Below, piece after piece: positions 30,453 to 39,681 of a stretch of DNA of 64,000 bases. Under the pieces are notes generated by a model that was given only the letters and a program-made list of their open reading frames with translations, made no database searches and was not told the origin of the DNA. Both the position numbers and the translations under genes were made by a program. Origin of the DNA: an uncultured Gammaproteobacteria bacterium (GTDB taxonomy: Bacteria; Pseudomonadota; Gammaproteobacteria; Pseudomonadales; Halieaceae); assembly GCA_963840725.1 (NCBI GenBank), contig CAWIZY010000007.1, positions 78,474 to 142,473 of the forward strand. Reading direction: 5' to 3'. The first letter of the stretch is position 1. Each line of letters begins with the position of its first letter.

Positions 30453-32474
30453 GTGGAATTGCTGAGTCGACTAGCCGGTGTCGCTGTGCGTTATACGTCC
30501 GTGGTCTGGGGCAGCGTTCGCGACGCGCTGCGCAAATTGCTGGAACTGCCGCGCAACATCAAGCAATCGCTGCTGTTGTGTCTGGACATGATTTTTGTTT
30601 GTGCCGCGATGTGGAGCGCCATCGCGCTGCGCTACGGATACACATCATTTCCCATAGGGGCACTCGAGATCGGCTGTGCCCTGTTCGTTGTCCTCGCCAG
30701 TGCGGTGATTTTTTTGCGGCTCGGGCTATACAGGGCCGTCATCCGCTTTATGGGACAGCAGGCTATCTGGGCCGTGATAACTGCTGTCAGTTACTCCAGC
30801 CTGGTGCTCGGAGCAGCGGTATTCTTTACCCGCGCCGATGTGCCCCGGTCGTTGCCCTTCATATACTGGGGGCTGGCATTGATGCTCATTGGTGGTACCC
30901 GACTCACTGTTCGGGCCTACTATCAAGCCAAGCTGCGCTCCACCTCCGAGCATGTGATCATTTACGGGGCCGGAGAGTCCGGCCGGCAGCTTCTCACGGC
31001 ACTTAATCACGGTGACCAGTACCGTCCGGTTGCGTTTGTTGACGACGACAAACGCCTCCACAACTCGGTGATTAATGGACTGCCTGTGGCGCGCGCCCGA
31101 GATGTGCCAAGATTGATCAGTGAGTTCGATATCACGCAGGTTCTGCTGGCTATCCCGGCGGCCTCTCCCGAGCGCCGCAAGGAAATCATCAACTCGTTGG
31201 TGGGGTTGCCTGTCTATGTGCGTACAGTGCCGCCGATCAGCGAACTGGTGTCGGGTAAGGCTACGGTCAATCAGATCCAGGATATCGAACTGGAGGATCT
31301 TCTGGGCCGAGACCCGGTGCCGCCGCATCCGGAGCTGGTTGCGACCTGTATTACTGACAAAGTCGTCATGGTCACAGGTGCGGGTGGGTCTATTGGCTCG
31401 GAGCTGGCCCGCCAGATTCTGCGTGCCAGGCCGCGGACGCTGCTGTTATTCGATAACTCGGAGTACGCGCTCTACAGCATAGAGCGAGAGCTTGGCGAGG
31501 TGAGAGAGGCCGAGGGTCTTTCAGCTGAGATCGTGGTGCTTTTGGGCTCGGTTCAGAATCAGGTGCGGCTGGAGAATGTGTTCAGGTCTTTCGGTGTGCA
31601 GACGGTTTATCATGCGGCGGCCTATAAGCATGTCCCGCTGGTGGAACATAATATTGTTGAGGGTGTCGCGAACAACGTGTTCGGTACCTGGTACGCAGCA
31701 GAGGCTGCCCGGAAGGCTCAGGTAGAAACCTTCGTGCTGGTGTCTACAGACAAGGCGGTTCGTCCCACCAATATTATGGGAGCCTCCAAACGGTTTGCTG
31801 AAATGATTCTTCAGGGTCTGGCCCAGAACGATACAGCTACCCGGTTTTGTATGGTGCGCTTCGGTAACGTCCTGGGCTCATCGGGCTCGGTCGTGCCTTT
31901 GTTTCGTGAGCAGATTGCTCGCGGTGGTCCTGTCACTGTGACCCACCCTGAAGTGTCGCGCTACTTCATGACTATCCCCGAGGCTGCCCAGTTGGTGCTT
32001 CAGGCCAGCGCAATGGGCACCGGAGGGGATGTTTTTGTGCTGGATATGGGCGAGCCTGTCAAGATTGTGGAACTGGCCCGGCGCATGATTCACCTCAGTG
32101 GCTATGAGATGAATCACGATACGCACATCGGTGAACACATCGAGGTGGAGTTTATCGGTCTGCGACCGGGAGAAAAATTGCGTGAGGAACTGGTTCTGGG
32201 CAGCAATGTCACTGGCACCGGGCATCCGATGATTATGCGAGCCGAGGAGGAATGCCTCAGCTATGCCCAGATTCATCGCAAGCTGATAGACCTGCGACGT
32301 TTTTGTGATCAGATGGATTGCGATGGAATCACCGCTGTTCTGGGGCGTGCAGTCAGCGGCTACACAGGTCCCGAAGAGCGTTACGATCACATGTGGATTC
32401 GTAATGTCACTCACTCGCAGGCCCCCGCAGTCGCAGCCTCCAATGTGCAGGAACTGTTTCCTGACAAGGTCTAG
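30453..32474 (+). CDS. Membrane-anchored UDP-GlcNAc 4,6-dehydratase-type polysaccharide biosynthesis protein (WbpM/CapD/PglF family)
   Basis: 673 aa. Four N-terminal TM helices, 'VMVTGAGGSIGSEL' and 'VSTDKAVRPTNIMGASKRFAE'. Confidence 0.9.
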   Translation: MELLSRLAGVAVRYTSVVWGSVRDALRKLLELPRNIKQSLLLCLDMIFVCAAMWSAIALRYGYTSFPIGALEIGCALFVVLASAVIFLRLGLYRAVIRFMGQQAIWAVITAVSYSSLVLGAAVFFTRADVPRSLPFIYWGLALMLIGGTRLTVRAYYQAKLRSTSEHVIIYGAGESGRQLLTALNHGDQYRPVAFVDDDKRLHNSVINGLPVARARDVPRLISEFDITQVLLAIPAASPERRKEIINSLVGLPVYVRTVPPISELVSGKATVNQIQDIELEDLLGRDPVPPHPELVATCITDKVVMVTGAGGSIGSELARQILRARPRTLLLFDNSEYALYSIERELGEVREAEGLSAEIVVLLGSVQNQVRLENVFRSFGVQTVYHAAAYKHVPLVEHNIVEGVANNVFGTWYAAEAARKAQVETFVLVSTDKAVRPTNIMGASKRFAEMILQGLAQNDTATRFCMVRFGNVLGSSGSVVPLFREQIARGGPVTVTHPEVSRYFMTIPEAAQLVLQASAMGTGGDVFVLDMGEPVKIVELARRMIHLSGYEMNHDTHIGEHIEVEFIGLRPGEKLREELVLGSNVTGTGHPMIMRAEEECLSYAQIHRKLIDLRRFCDQMDCDGITAVLGRAVSGYTGPEERYDHMWIRNVTHSQAPAVAASNVQELFPDKV

Positions 32475-32498
32475 GGCACTTCAGAGACTCGCATAGGC

Positions 32499-35400
32499 TT
32501 ATCTCAGCAGTGCCTTTTTCAGGGGAGTCTCTTGAAAAATGCGATCAAGAGTCGTCAGCAACACATCGGCATCCTGTGCCGTAAAGATCATCGGTGGACG
32601 AAGCTTGATAACATTGTGGTGCGGCCCGTCGCTACCTGCCAGGATGCGGCAGTCTCTCAGCCGGTTGACGACGTAATCAGTTTCTGACCCAGCCGGCTCC
32701 AGTGTGTTTGCGTCCCGGACCAGTTCCACACCCAGGAACAAACCCCGGCCGCGCACGTCACCGATCAGTGGATGCTTGTGCTTTAGCTTTTCAAGCCCAC
32801 TGATTAACTGCTCGCCGCGGGCGAGTGCATTGGCCTGAAGCGACTCCTCATCCAATATATCCAGAACGGCCAGTCCCGCGGCGCAGGCCACAGGGTTGCC
32901 GCCATAGGTGCTGAAGAACTCCATTCCGTTATCGAGACTGGCGGCGATTTCTGCTCGGGTGATCACTGCCCCGAGCGGATAACCATTGGCGATAGGCTTT
33001 CCCAGCACCACAATATCAGGGATTGCGTCCTCCTGCTCAAACCCCCAAAAACTGCTCCCCATTCTGCCGAAACCGACCTGAACCTCGTCGGCGATGCACA
33101 GGGTCCCGTGGCAGCGGGCGTGCCGGTAGGCCGCCGCCAGATAGCCCTGCGGAAATACGATTTGTCCGCCTACCGATGGGATTGTCTCAGTGATAAACGC
33201 GGCCACGTCGCGCCCATTGGCGGAAGCCCGCGACAGCGTGCTATTGACGCATTGCGCATAGCGCAACCCCGCTTGCGGATCGTCGCGGCGAAAGAGGCCT
33301 CTATAGTCGTCAGCGAGGGGCACTTCATGAACCCAGTCGGGGCGGCCTCCGCCCCCGGGCCCGTCGTACTTATAGGGACTGATCGCCGTCAGTGTGTTGG
33401 TGTGGCCATGGTAGGCGGCTTCCATCACGCAGACATCGTGCCTGCCCGTATAGTTGCGGGCCAAACGCAGCGCCAGTTCATTTGCCTCGCTGGCGGAATT
33501 AACGAACAGGCAGGTGGAGAGGGGTGCCGGGAAGGTGGCATTCAGCCGTTCGGCATAGTCGAGTATGTTCTCATGCAGATAGCGTGTGTTGGTGTTCAGC
33601 AGTGCTGTCTGGCGCTGAATCGCCGCAACCACCCGCGGGTGACTGTGGCCGACATGGGCGACGTTATTGTAGGCATCCAGGTAAGCGCGGGCCTGGCTGT
33701 CATAGAGAAACTGGCGAAAGCCGCTGACCAGGTGCAGAGGCTTTCGATAAGACAGCCGTAGCGACGGTCCCAGCAGTCTTTCCCGTCGCTTGAGCAACTG
33801 GTTCACAGTAGGCTTTGAATCCGCTCGTGCATCCAGTCGGTCGAGCGGGGCTCCCGGTATCAGTGCTGCGGGACAGGGGCACAACTGCCGCCAAATGTGT
33901 GCGTGGGTTGGACTGACTACGCCGGGAAATTCAGCGTCTAGGCCCAGCAAGTCGATCATAATCTGCAGATGGAGATGCGGTGGCCAGCCGCCATTTTCAT
34001 GACTGTCGCCCACCTCGGCGAAGCGCTCACCCGGCCGCACTGTCTGGCCTGTGTGGAGGCCATTGATGCTGGCGAGGCTCAAGTGCCCGTAGAGCGTATA
34101 AAAAGGCTCTTGCGCGGTTGTGACATGCCTCAGTATCACCAGCGGGCCGTAATCGAGCGGCGCCTGATTGTGCGCGATACACTCGATCGTCCCGGCCAGC
34201 GGGGCTTGCACTGCGGTGCCCGGGGGGCAGAAAATGTCGAGACCAATGTGTTCCGTGCGGCGTTCCTGAGTGGGATATCTGTCGCCGCCAAACGCCGCGT
34301 CAGTGTAGAGGGCACGCGGCTCAGCGTAGCGGCCATAGGCAACACTTGCGCCGGAGGCGGCCATCGAGTGATTGATCAGGGTCGCCAGGGGTCCCAGTCG
34401 GTGGTTTGCCGGATCAGATCCCAGCAGTGGGCTGTCCACACTGAGGTCAATAACAGCGGGTTGGCTGTCCGACTTGACCACCGGCGCCGCCTCGGCGCCC
34501 ATCGTCTCCAGGGCGGCAGTGACTGATTCTATGCCGGGGAGGACTGGCAGGGCGCAGGCGTCCCGAAATACACACTCGGCAAATCTGGTCGGGATGCTTT
34601 GCAGTCGATTGAGGGCGGCTCCTGCCGGCCCCTGGCTGATAGTAACGTACGGGTCTTCCGGCTCCTCCTGTTCGCGATCGCTGGAAATCACCAGGCTGAC
34701 CGCCAGCCTCGCTTGAATAAGCCCGAACAACAGTGATATCTCAGCCGCGCTGGGTTGCCGCAGGGTGCAATAGCCACGCAGGAAGCTTGCGCAGACTGAC
34801 AGTGGGTCTTCCTGGTCCAGAATCAGGTAAGCGAGGGCGATAGCGGCGTCACAGATCAGTGGCTGCCAGCTCGTATCGCCAAAATCAAACAGGCCAGTGA
34901 CCAGAGCTGCACCCTTGTCACTGGTTACCAGAACATTGTAGTCGTTGGCATCATTATGAATGACGCCCTGGGCCAGTCCGCTGAGTCGAGGGCTAGTTTC
35001 AGCCGCAAAGCACTCCAGTGCCCGACGCGCGGCCTCCCGGTAATCCTCCGACACGGCATTGACTTTGAGCAGGTGCTCATCAGCACGGGTCAGGTCCCAG
35101 CAATGGTCCCGGCGCATGGCAGGATGCCGGAAACCCTCCAACTCCCTGCACAACTGGGCCATGGTTTTGCCAAAGCTCTCATAGAGTGGTCCGGTGTGCG
35201 GACGGTAGTCTGCCAGTAACTCCCCGGGGCAATAGTGCAATAGCCACAAAATCCGGGTCTCGGTCCCTATTTGCGCGGAGACGAGTGCAGCACCGCTGGC
35301 GGATCGCACCACCCGTGGCAATAGGAGTGAACTCTTATCCAGGTGGTCGAGGGCTGCGATCTGCAATTCTACGACAGCCTGCTCGCACCCCGCATGCATG

Positions 35401-35597
35401 AGTTTACATATATAGCGTTCGCCGTCAGTCGTTGTCGCCAGGTAGTTAAGATCGCGCTCCCCGGGGAGTACCGTCAACTGGGCTCTGATACCGTAGAGTC
35501 GATCCAGTAGGGTATGGAGGCTGTTTTCCACTGCCACTGGCCATCCTCTCGAAAATGACATCATAGCAAGCGATGTCCGGCCTTCACCGCAGAGCAA
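32499..35597 (-). CDS. Tri-domain fusion: APH/choline-kinase-like phosphotransferase + M23 peptidase-like domain + class-III (AGXT2L-like) PLP aminotransferase/phospho-lyase fold
   Basis: 1032-aa uninterrupted ORF. Kinase loops 'VIHNDANDYNVLV' and 'FDFGD'; M23-like 'HIGLDIFCPPGTAVQAPLAGTI', 'YGHL' and 'PPHLHLQI'; class-III fold 'NVAHVGHSHPRVVAAI', 'DEVQVGFGRMG' and 'VVLGKPIANGYPLG'. The exact start is uncertain (35597 or 35564). Confidence 0.8.
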   Translation of the reverse strand: MLCGEGRTSLAMMSFSRGWPVAVENSLHTLLDRLYGIRAQLTVLPGERDLNYLATTTDGERYICKLMHAGCEQAVVELQIAALDHLDKSSLLLPRVVRSASGAALVSAQIGTETRILWLLHYCPGELLADYRPHTGPLYESFGKTMAQLCRELEGFRHPAMRRDHCWDLTRADEHLLKVNAVSEDYREAARRALECFAAETSPRLSGLAQGVIHNDANDYNVLVTSDKGAALVTGLFDFGDTSWQPLICDAAIALAYLILDQEDPLSVCASFLRGYCTLRQPSAAEISLLFGLIQARLAVSLVISSDREQEEPEDPYVTISQGPAGAALNRLQSIPTRFAECVFRDACALPVLPGIESVTAALETMGAEAAPVVKSDSQPAVIDLSVDSPLLGSDPANHRLGPLATLINHSMAASGASVAYGRYAEPRALYTDAAFGGDRYPTQERRTEHIGLDIFCPPGTAVQAPLAGTIECIAHNQAPLDYGPLVILRHVTTAQEPFYTLYGHLSLASINGLHTGQTVRPGERFAEVGDSHENGGWPPHLHLQIMIDLLGLDAEFPGVVSPTHAHIWRQLCPCPAALIPGAPLDRLDARADSKPTVNQLLKRRERLLGPSLRLSYRKPLHLVSGFRQFLYDSQARAYLDAYNNVAHVGHSHPRVVAAIQRQTALLNTNTRYLHENILDYAERLNATFPAPLSTCLFVNSASEANELALRLARNYTGRHDVCVMEAAYHGHTNTLTAISPYKYDGPGGGGRPDWVHEVPLADDYRGLFRRDDPQAGLRYAQCVNSTLSRASANGRDVAAFITETIPSVGGQIVFPQGYLAAAYRHARCHGTLCIADEVQVGFGRMGSSFWGFEQEDAIPDIVVLGKPIANGYPLGAVITRAEIAASLDNGMEFFSTYGGNPVACAAGLAVLDILDEESLQANALARGEQLISGLEKLKHKHPLIGDVRGRGLFLGVELVRDANTLEPAGSETDYVVNRLRDCRILAGSDGPHHNVIKLRPPMIFTAQDADVLLTTLDRIFQETPLKKALLR

Positions 35598-35703
35598 TCC
35601 CGCGATCCGGGGTATGGGCGCGAGGGGGCAGGGCCGGTTGGGTACAGTTGAGGACGGTCCCTCAACTCACCCGGAGCGTCAGGCAGTGGGTGGTGCGTCA
35701 GCT

Positions 35704-36123
35704 TCAGTCGTCTTCCACGTCGTCGACTGACACTTGCCCGGACATGGAGCGGCGAATGATGGACCAGGACATGCCGACTGCCAACACGAGGGACAAGACT
35801 GTGAGAATGATCCAGGTCTGGGTATTTTCCGCGTCCAGACTGAGCCAGCCCATATCGACAAATAGCCATGCCAGGCAGGCGAAAAGGGCGCCAGAAAGGA
35901 CCACGCCGAGGACACCCATCGACAGTAGTGTGGCTCTCACAAAGACTATCCAGGCAATAATCAGGGCAATCGTGGCCAGCGCGGGAATGGGCCCGAATTC
36001 CGTACCTTCGGCTGTCATCCAGCCCACATAGGAGTAACCCGTAGGGTTAAAAGTACCGAATACCAGAGCCGCAGCGAAGAGCCACCGGCCGAGGAAGTCG
36101 GGGATAGAGAATGAAGATGCCAT
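35704..36123 (-). CDS. Small polytopic membrane protein with an acidic C-terminus (hypothetical)
   Basis: 139 aa from ATG 36123 ('MASSFSIPDFLGRW'), with about four hydrophobic helices. The longer ORF start at 36201 lacks support. Confidence 0.6.
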   Translation of the reverse strand: MASSFSIPDFLGRWLFAAALVFGTFNPTGYSYVGWMTAEGTEFGPIPALATIALIIAWIVFVRATLLSMGVLGVVLSGALFACLAWLFVDMGWLSLDAENTQTWIILTVLSLVLAVGMSWSIIRRSMSGQVSVDDVEDD

Positions 36124-36338
36124 AGGGTAGCCTTGTGTGAGTTCAACAAAATGCAAAGTTAGTTCAGTTGTCCCCTCAGGGCAAGGCTCAAGCTGAGGCA
36201 TTTTTGCGCCCTGGGGTTTCTCGATCCACTCAATTCCGGGTTATAGTGCACACGCCACGCTGTGACAGTCCAGCATGTGGAAACCATTTCGAATGAAAAC
36301 ATCTACCTACAGTGCCCAGGGGCGGAAGGAGTCTCACA

Positions 36339-36761
36339 ATGAACATTCTCGAAAGTGCAGTCAATATGCTCAGCCAGCAGCTCAACAAGGGGGTCGATGC
36401 CGAGTCCACCCTGTCTGCATTAACGTCCGTGCTGGGTCAAGACGGCAAAGGCGGCCTTGATTTGTCCAGCGTTGTGACCAAGATGACCGAAGAGGGTGGT
36501 CTGGCGGATACAGTGCAATCCTGGCTTGGGGACGGCGGTAATGCGCCCATTAACGCGGATACTGTCAGGTCTCTGTTTGGTGATGAACGAATCGCGGAGT
36601 TTGCCAGCAAGCTAAACATCGACACGGATGCCGCAGCTAGCAGCCTGAGCGGTTTGTTGCCTGAGGTGATGGATAAAGCCAGCCAGGGTGGGCAGCTGCT
36701 CGACAGCGCCGGCGGCATCGGCGGTCTGATGGACGCGGCCAAATCGTTTCTGAAGAAGTAA
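36339..36761 (+). CDS. YidB-family protein (DUF937)
   Basis: ATG at 36339 is preceded by GGAAGGA. 'VQSWLGDGGNAPINADTV..LFG...I..FA..L......A...L..LLPEVMDKASQGG' matches the DUF937 layout. Confidence 0.75.
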   Translation: MNILESAVNMLSQQLNKGVDAESTLSALTSVLGQDGKGGLDLSSVVTKMTEEGGLADTVQSWLGDGGNAPINADTVRSLFGDERIAEFASKLNIDTDAAASSLSGLLPEVMDKASQGGQLLDSAGGIGGLMDAAKSFLKK

Positions 36762-36770
36762 TCGCCGGCT

Positions 36771-37571
36771 GTGTCCGCGGCGACCAGGTGTAGAGCCGTC
36801 GCGGCCCGATACGGCGTGAAGATTTTTTGGTTCTGCACGCTTGTGCTCGGCCTGTGTAGCGGCCTCGCGCAGGCCGCGGGGCAGCCGCAAGGGCCGGCAA
36901 CGGTGGCCCCCTCTAACGAAGAATGTGTGATCCTGCTGCATGGATTGTGGCGGACTCAACTATCGATGCTTGCCGCAGAGTGGAAGCTGGCGTATGCGGG
37001 TTATCGAGTGGTCAATAACAGCTACTCCTCCCTGACCCGCAAAATTGAGGAAAACGCCCGCGCGGCAATCGATCCGGCACTGGATGAATGCCGTGCTGAG
37101 GGGGCTACGCGGATTAGTCTTGTCACCCATTCTCTCGGTGGAATTCTGGTTCGACATTATCTCAGCAAGCAGCCGATAGCAGAGTTGGGACGCGTCGTGA
37201 TGATGGGCCCACCCAACCAGGGAAGCGAGTTGGCAGATTACTATGCTGCGTTGATTACCGCCGACTACCTGGAGCCGCCCGCTCTGGCCCAGTTGGGTAC
37301 CGGGCCAGAGTCAGTACCGCTCGAATTGGGGCCGGTTGATTTTGAACTCGGGGTTATCGCGGGCAATACACATCACCGCAATTTTTTGCCGGGTCTGCCC
37401 GACGGGCCAGGCGATGGCACTGTCAGCGTCGCTGAAACTGCGGTCGCGGGAATGGCAGATTTCATAGCAGTGCCCGCCAGCCATACTCTGATGATGTGGA
37501 GCGACACGGTACTCGCCCAGATGGTGTATTTTCTGCGCCACGGAGCGTTTGATCATCAACCGCGGCGCTGA
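36771..37571 (+). CDS. Secreted alpha/beta-fold hydrolase (esterase/lipase-like)
   Basis: 'VILLHGL' and the nucleophile elbow 'VTHSLGG', with an N-terminal signal-like segment. Start is ambiguous (GTG 36771 or GTG 36816). Confidence 0.75.
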   Translation: MSAATRCRAVAARYGVKIFWFCTLVLGLCSGLAQAAGQPQGPATVAPSNEECVILLHGLWRTQLSMLAAEWKLAYAGYRVVNNSYSSLTRKIEENARAAIDPALDECRAEGATRISLVTHSLGGILVRHYLSKQPIAELGRVVMMGPPNQGSELADYYAALITADYLEPPALAQLGTGPESVPLELGPVDFELGVIAGNTHHRNFLPGLPDGPGDGTVSVAETAVAGMADFIAVPASHTLMMWSDTVLAQMVYFLRHGAFDHQPRR

Positions 37572-37607
37572 CAGCGGAAGTTTTACCCAAACCGGCCGGT
37601 GGTGTTC

Positions 37608-37880
37608 TTACTGCTGTCTCCGGTCTTTCGGAATGAGAACACCATCTATCATCAGCGGGAATGCGACCAGCCGGTCGCTGCGCCTCTCGTCCCGGCCCTG
37701 AGAGGAGCGTCCTTGCGTTTGTCGTGAGTCGGCGTAGGAAGAGGGTTCACCGGCGGACATATTGTCATCATCGCTGGAAACATATCTGCGGGCCGCAAGC
37801 GTGAACACATAGACGCCTGCGGCTGCGGTCGCCAAACCCAGGGCCCCCACAATGAGGTAAAAACTGTTTATGTCAGACAC
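37608..37880 (-). CDS. 90-aa single-pass membrane protein, hypothetical; putative sigma-54/PrsR target
   Basis: GTG start. It has an N-terminal TM helix ('FYLIVGALGLATAAAGVYVFTLAA'), then a polar/charged tail ending 'ERRSDRLVAFPLMIDGVLIPKDRRQQ'. A strong sigma-54 promoter match lies about 40 nt upstream. No family recognised. Confidence 0.5.
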   Translation of the reverse strand: MSDINSFYLIVGALGLATAAAGVYVFTLAARRYVSSDDDNMSAGEPSSYADSRQTQGRSSQGRDERRSDRLVAFPLMIDGVLIPKDRRQQ

Positions 37881-37917
37881 GACTGGTCAACCTCTGCATT
37901 CATCTCACCATAGGAGA

Positions 37918-37933
37918 AGCAACAATCGAGCCG
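37918..37933 (-). promoter_or_regulatory. Sigma-54 (-24/-12) promoter
   Basis: The minus strand reads CGGCTCGATTGTTGCT against the consensus TGGCACG-N4-TTGCW. GG and GC have the canonical spacing. It sits about 40 nt upstream of the GTG at 37880. Confidence 0.55.
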
Positions 37934-38008
37934 GAGCGGGTTTTTGCGTTGAAAAACAAGGATGTTCTGAATTTCGAGCGGTTTAGGGCTGGAGCGTTTT
38001 GTGATCAG

Positions 38009-38025
38009 TGTCTAATTTTTTGACA
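38009..38025. promoter_or_regulatory. Putative enhancer (UAS): TGT-N11-ACA, AT-rich core
   Basis: TGTCTAATTTTTTGACA (palindromic ends TGTC/GACA), 76 nt upstream of the -24 GG of the 37918-37933 promoter. The other two sigma-54 promoters in this window show the same geometry. Confidence 0.5.
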
Positions 38026-38061
38026 CCGGATTTGCACATGATGCGTTTTACTGATTCGCTT

Positions 38062-39498
38062 TTATCGCGCGCCCTTGCCGAACAAGACAACTTCTACCGT
38101 TGTCAGCAGGATCATACAATCCAGGAACAGGCTGTGGGTCTTCACATAGTAAAGGTCGAACTGCAATTTTTGCTTGGCATCTTCCTCGCTAGCTCCGTAG
38201 GGGTAGCAGAGCTGCGCCCAACCGGTAATTCCTGGCTTTACACAGTGGCGCACATCAAAGTAGGGGATTTTCTCCGCCAAATCTGCGACAAACTGAGGCC
38301 GCTCCGGGCGGGGCCCGACAAATGCCATATCGCCATTGAGCACATTGAGTATCTGCGGTAACTCATCTATACGGACTTTGCGTATAAAGTTGCCCACACG
38401 GGTTACTCGACTGTCATTGGCCGTCGCCCACCGCGCCTTACCGTCGCTTTCAGCATTGACTGACATGCTGCGAAACTTCAGCACCTCAAACCGGGTGCCG
38501 CCGAGCCCGACCCGCTCCTGGCGATAAAATACCGGCGCATCAAATCCGTCCTCCAGCCAGATTGCGATTGCAGTACCGAGCATCAGTGGCCAGGAGACCA
38601 GCAATAGCAGCAGGCTTGAGATCACGTCAAAGCAGCGTTTGCACAGCATTGCCGCTGTGCCCTGCTGGAATCCGTCTGCAAAAATCAGCCAGCCCGGATT
38701 GATATAATCAACCAGGATCTTTCCGGCCTCCTGCTCAAAGAAGGTGGTAATCTCAACTACCTTTACGCCATCCATTCGACACTGCATCAAGTCCTGCATT
38801 TCCAGAGCCGTGCGTTTGTCGTCAACCGCCACAACGATCTCGTCGATTTCCATTTGCTGAGCGTAACTGGGCAAGTGTGGCACCTGGGCGATCACCTGGT
38901 CAGACTGAATAGAGGTTTTCTCGCCATTTACCTTCATAAAGGCGAAGATCGAGAAACCCCGCCGATCTGACTTTCTGCGCATCGATGTGGTGATGGTGTT
39001 AGCGGTCTGACCCGTCCCGAGCACCAGAACACGTCGTTTGAACTGATCGAGGTCGGTAAGGTTAACAAACGCCAGTCGGCTGGCCAGGCTGGCGATAAAA
39101 GCAATGGAGGCCGTGTAAACAAAGATTCCGCGCCATACGAAGAGGTTGGGCAGGAAGTAGTAAATAAGCGACATGCCAAGGGTGACAATGATAAAAGCGC
39201 CGACGGTACGCAGCAGAATTCCACTGGCACCTTCACGCATTCGTGGCTGGTACAGGCCCATCGCTACCATGCTGATGACTGACACCGCAGAAAAGAGGGC
39301 CGCTCTCATAGGTACCTTATTGAGATAGTCATAGAGACTCCCCGGTTCGAGCAAAAAGTAGAGATAGGTGCCGAGGTAAAAGGAAAGAAAAAACAGAATG
39401 CTGTCGACTATCACCAGATGGTAGATCGCCCGAGGGACATGATGATTAAAGACCTTTACAGTTGCCACTAGTTGTATACATCCTTTTTGCAGGGGCAA
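38062..39498 (-). CDS. PEP-CTERM/XrtA-system-type initiating sugar transferase (TIGR03013-like, bacterial sugar transferase family)
   Basis: 'FYRQERVGLGGTRFEVLKFRSM' and 'DELPQILNVLNGDMAFVGPRPERP'. The N-terminal TM block beginning 'VKVFNHHVP' resembles the TIGR03013 N-terminus. The real start may be the GTG at 39468 rather than the TTG at 39498. Confidence 0.85.
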   Translation of the reverse strand: MPLQKGCIQLVATVKVFNHHVPRAIYHLVIVDSILFFLSFYLGTYLYFLLEPGSLYDYLNKVPMRAALFSAVSVISMVAMGLYQPRMREGASGILLRTVGAFIIVTLGMSLIYYFLPNLFVWRGIFVYTASIAFIASLASRLAFVNLTDLDQFKRRVLVLGTGQTANTITTSMRRKSDRRGFSIFAFMKVNGEKTSIQSDQVIAQVPHLPSYAQQMEIDEIVVAVDDKRTALEMQDLMQCRMDGVKVVEITTFFEQEAGKILVDYINPGWLIFADGFQQGTAAMLCKRCFDVISSLLLLLVSWPLMLGTAIAIWLEDGFDAPVFYRQERVGLGGTRFEVLKFRSMSVNAESDGKARWATANDSRVTRVGNFIRKVRIDELPQILNVLNGDMAFVGPRPERPQFVADLAEKIPYFDVRHCVKPGITGWAQLCYPYGASEEDAKQKLQFDLYYVKTHSLFLDCMILLTTVEVVLFGKGAR

Positions 39499-39681
39499 GG
39501 TGCGCGCCTGCCTTTATCAGTTTTACCAAGCTCGCGCCTGATTGCGGTTGCGTACAAGCTCAGCTCGAGGCACCAAAGGCACGATAATTCTTGTCTGTAG
39601 CGGGAATGTACCATGACAAAATCTTGGGAGTTCCTATCGGTGCCGTTTGTGTGAATCAGTTCGCAGCAAAACTGAGGTGCC

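Noticed and set aside
36771-37571. Alpha/beta hydrolase as one of the exosortase-A-associated hydrolases (TIGR03100/TIGR03101)
   Set aside because: Only the generic GxSxG fold is recognisable. It is separated from the ligase/decarboxylase genes and on the opposite strand, so the specific family assignment cannot be supported without an HMM.
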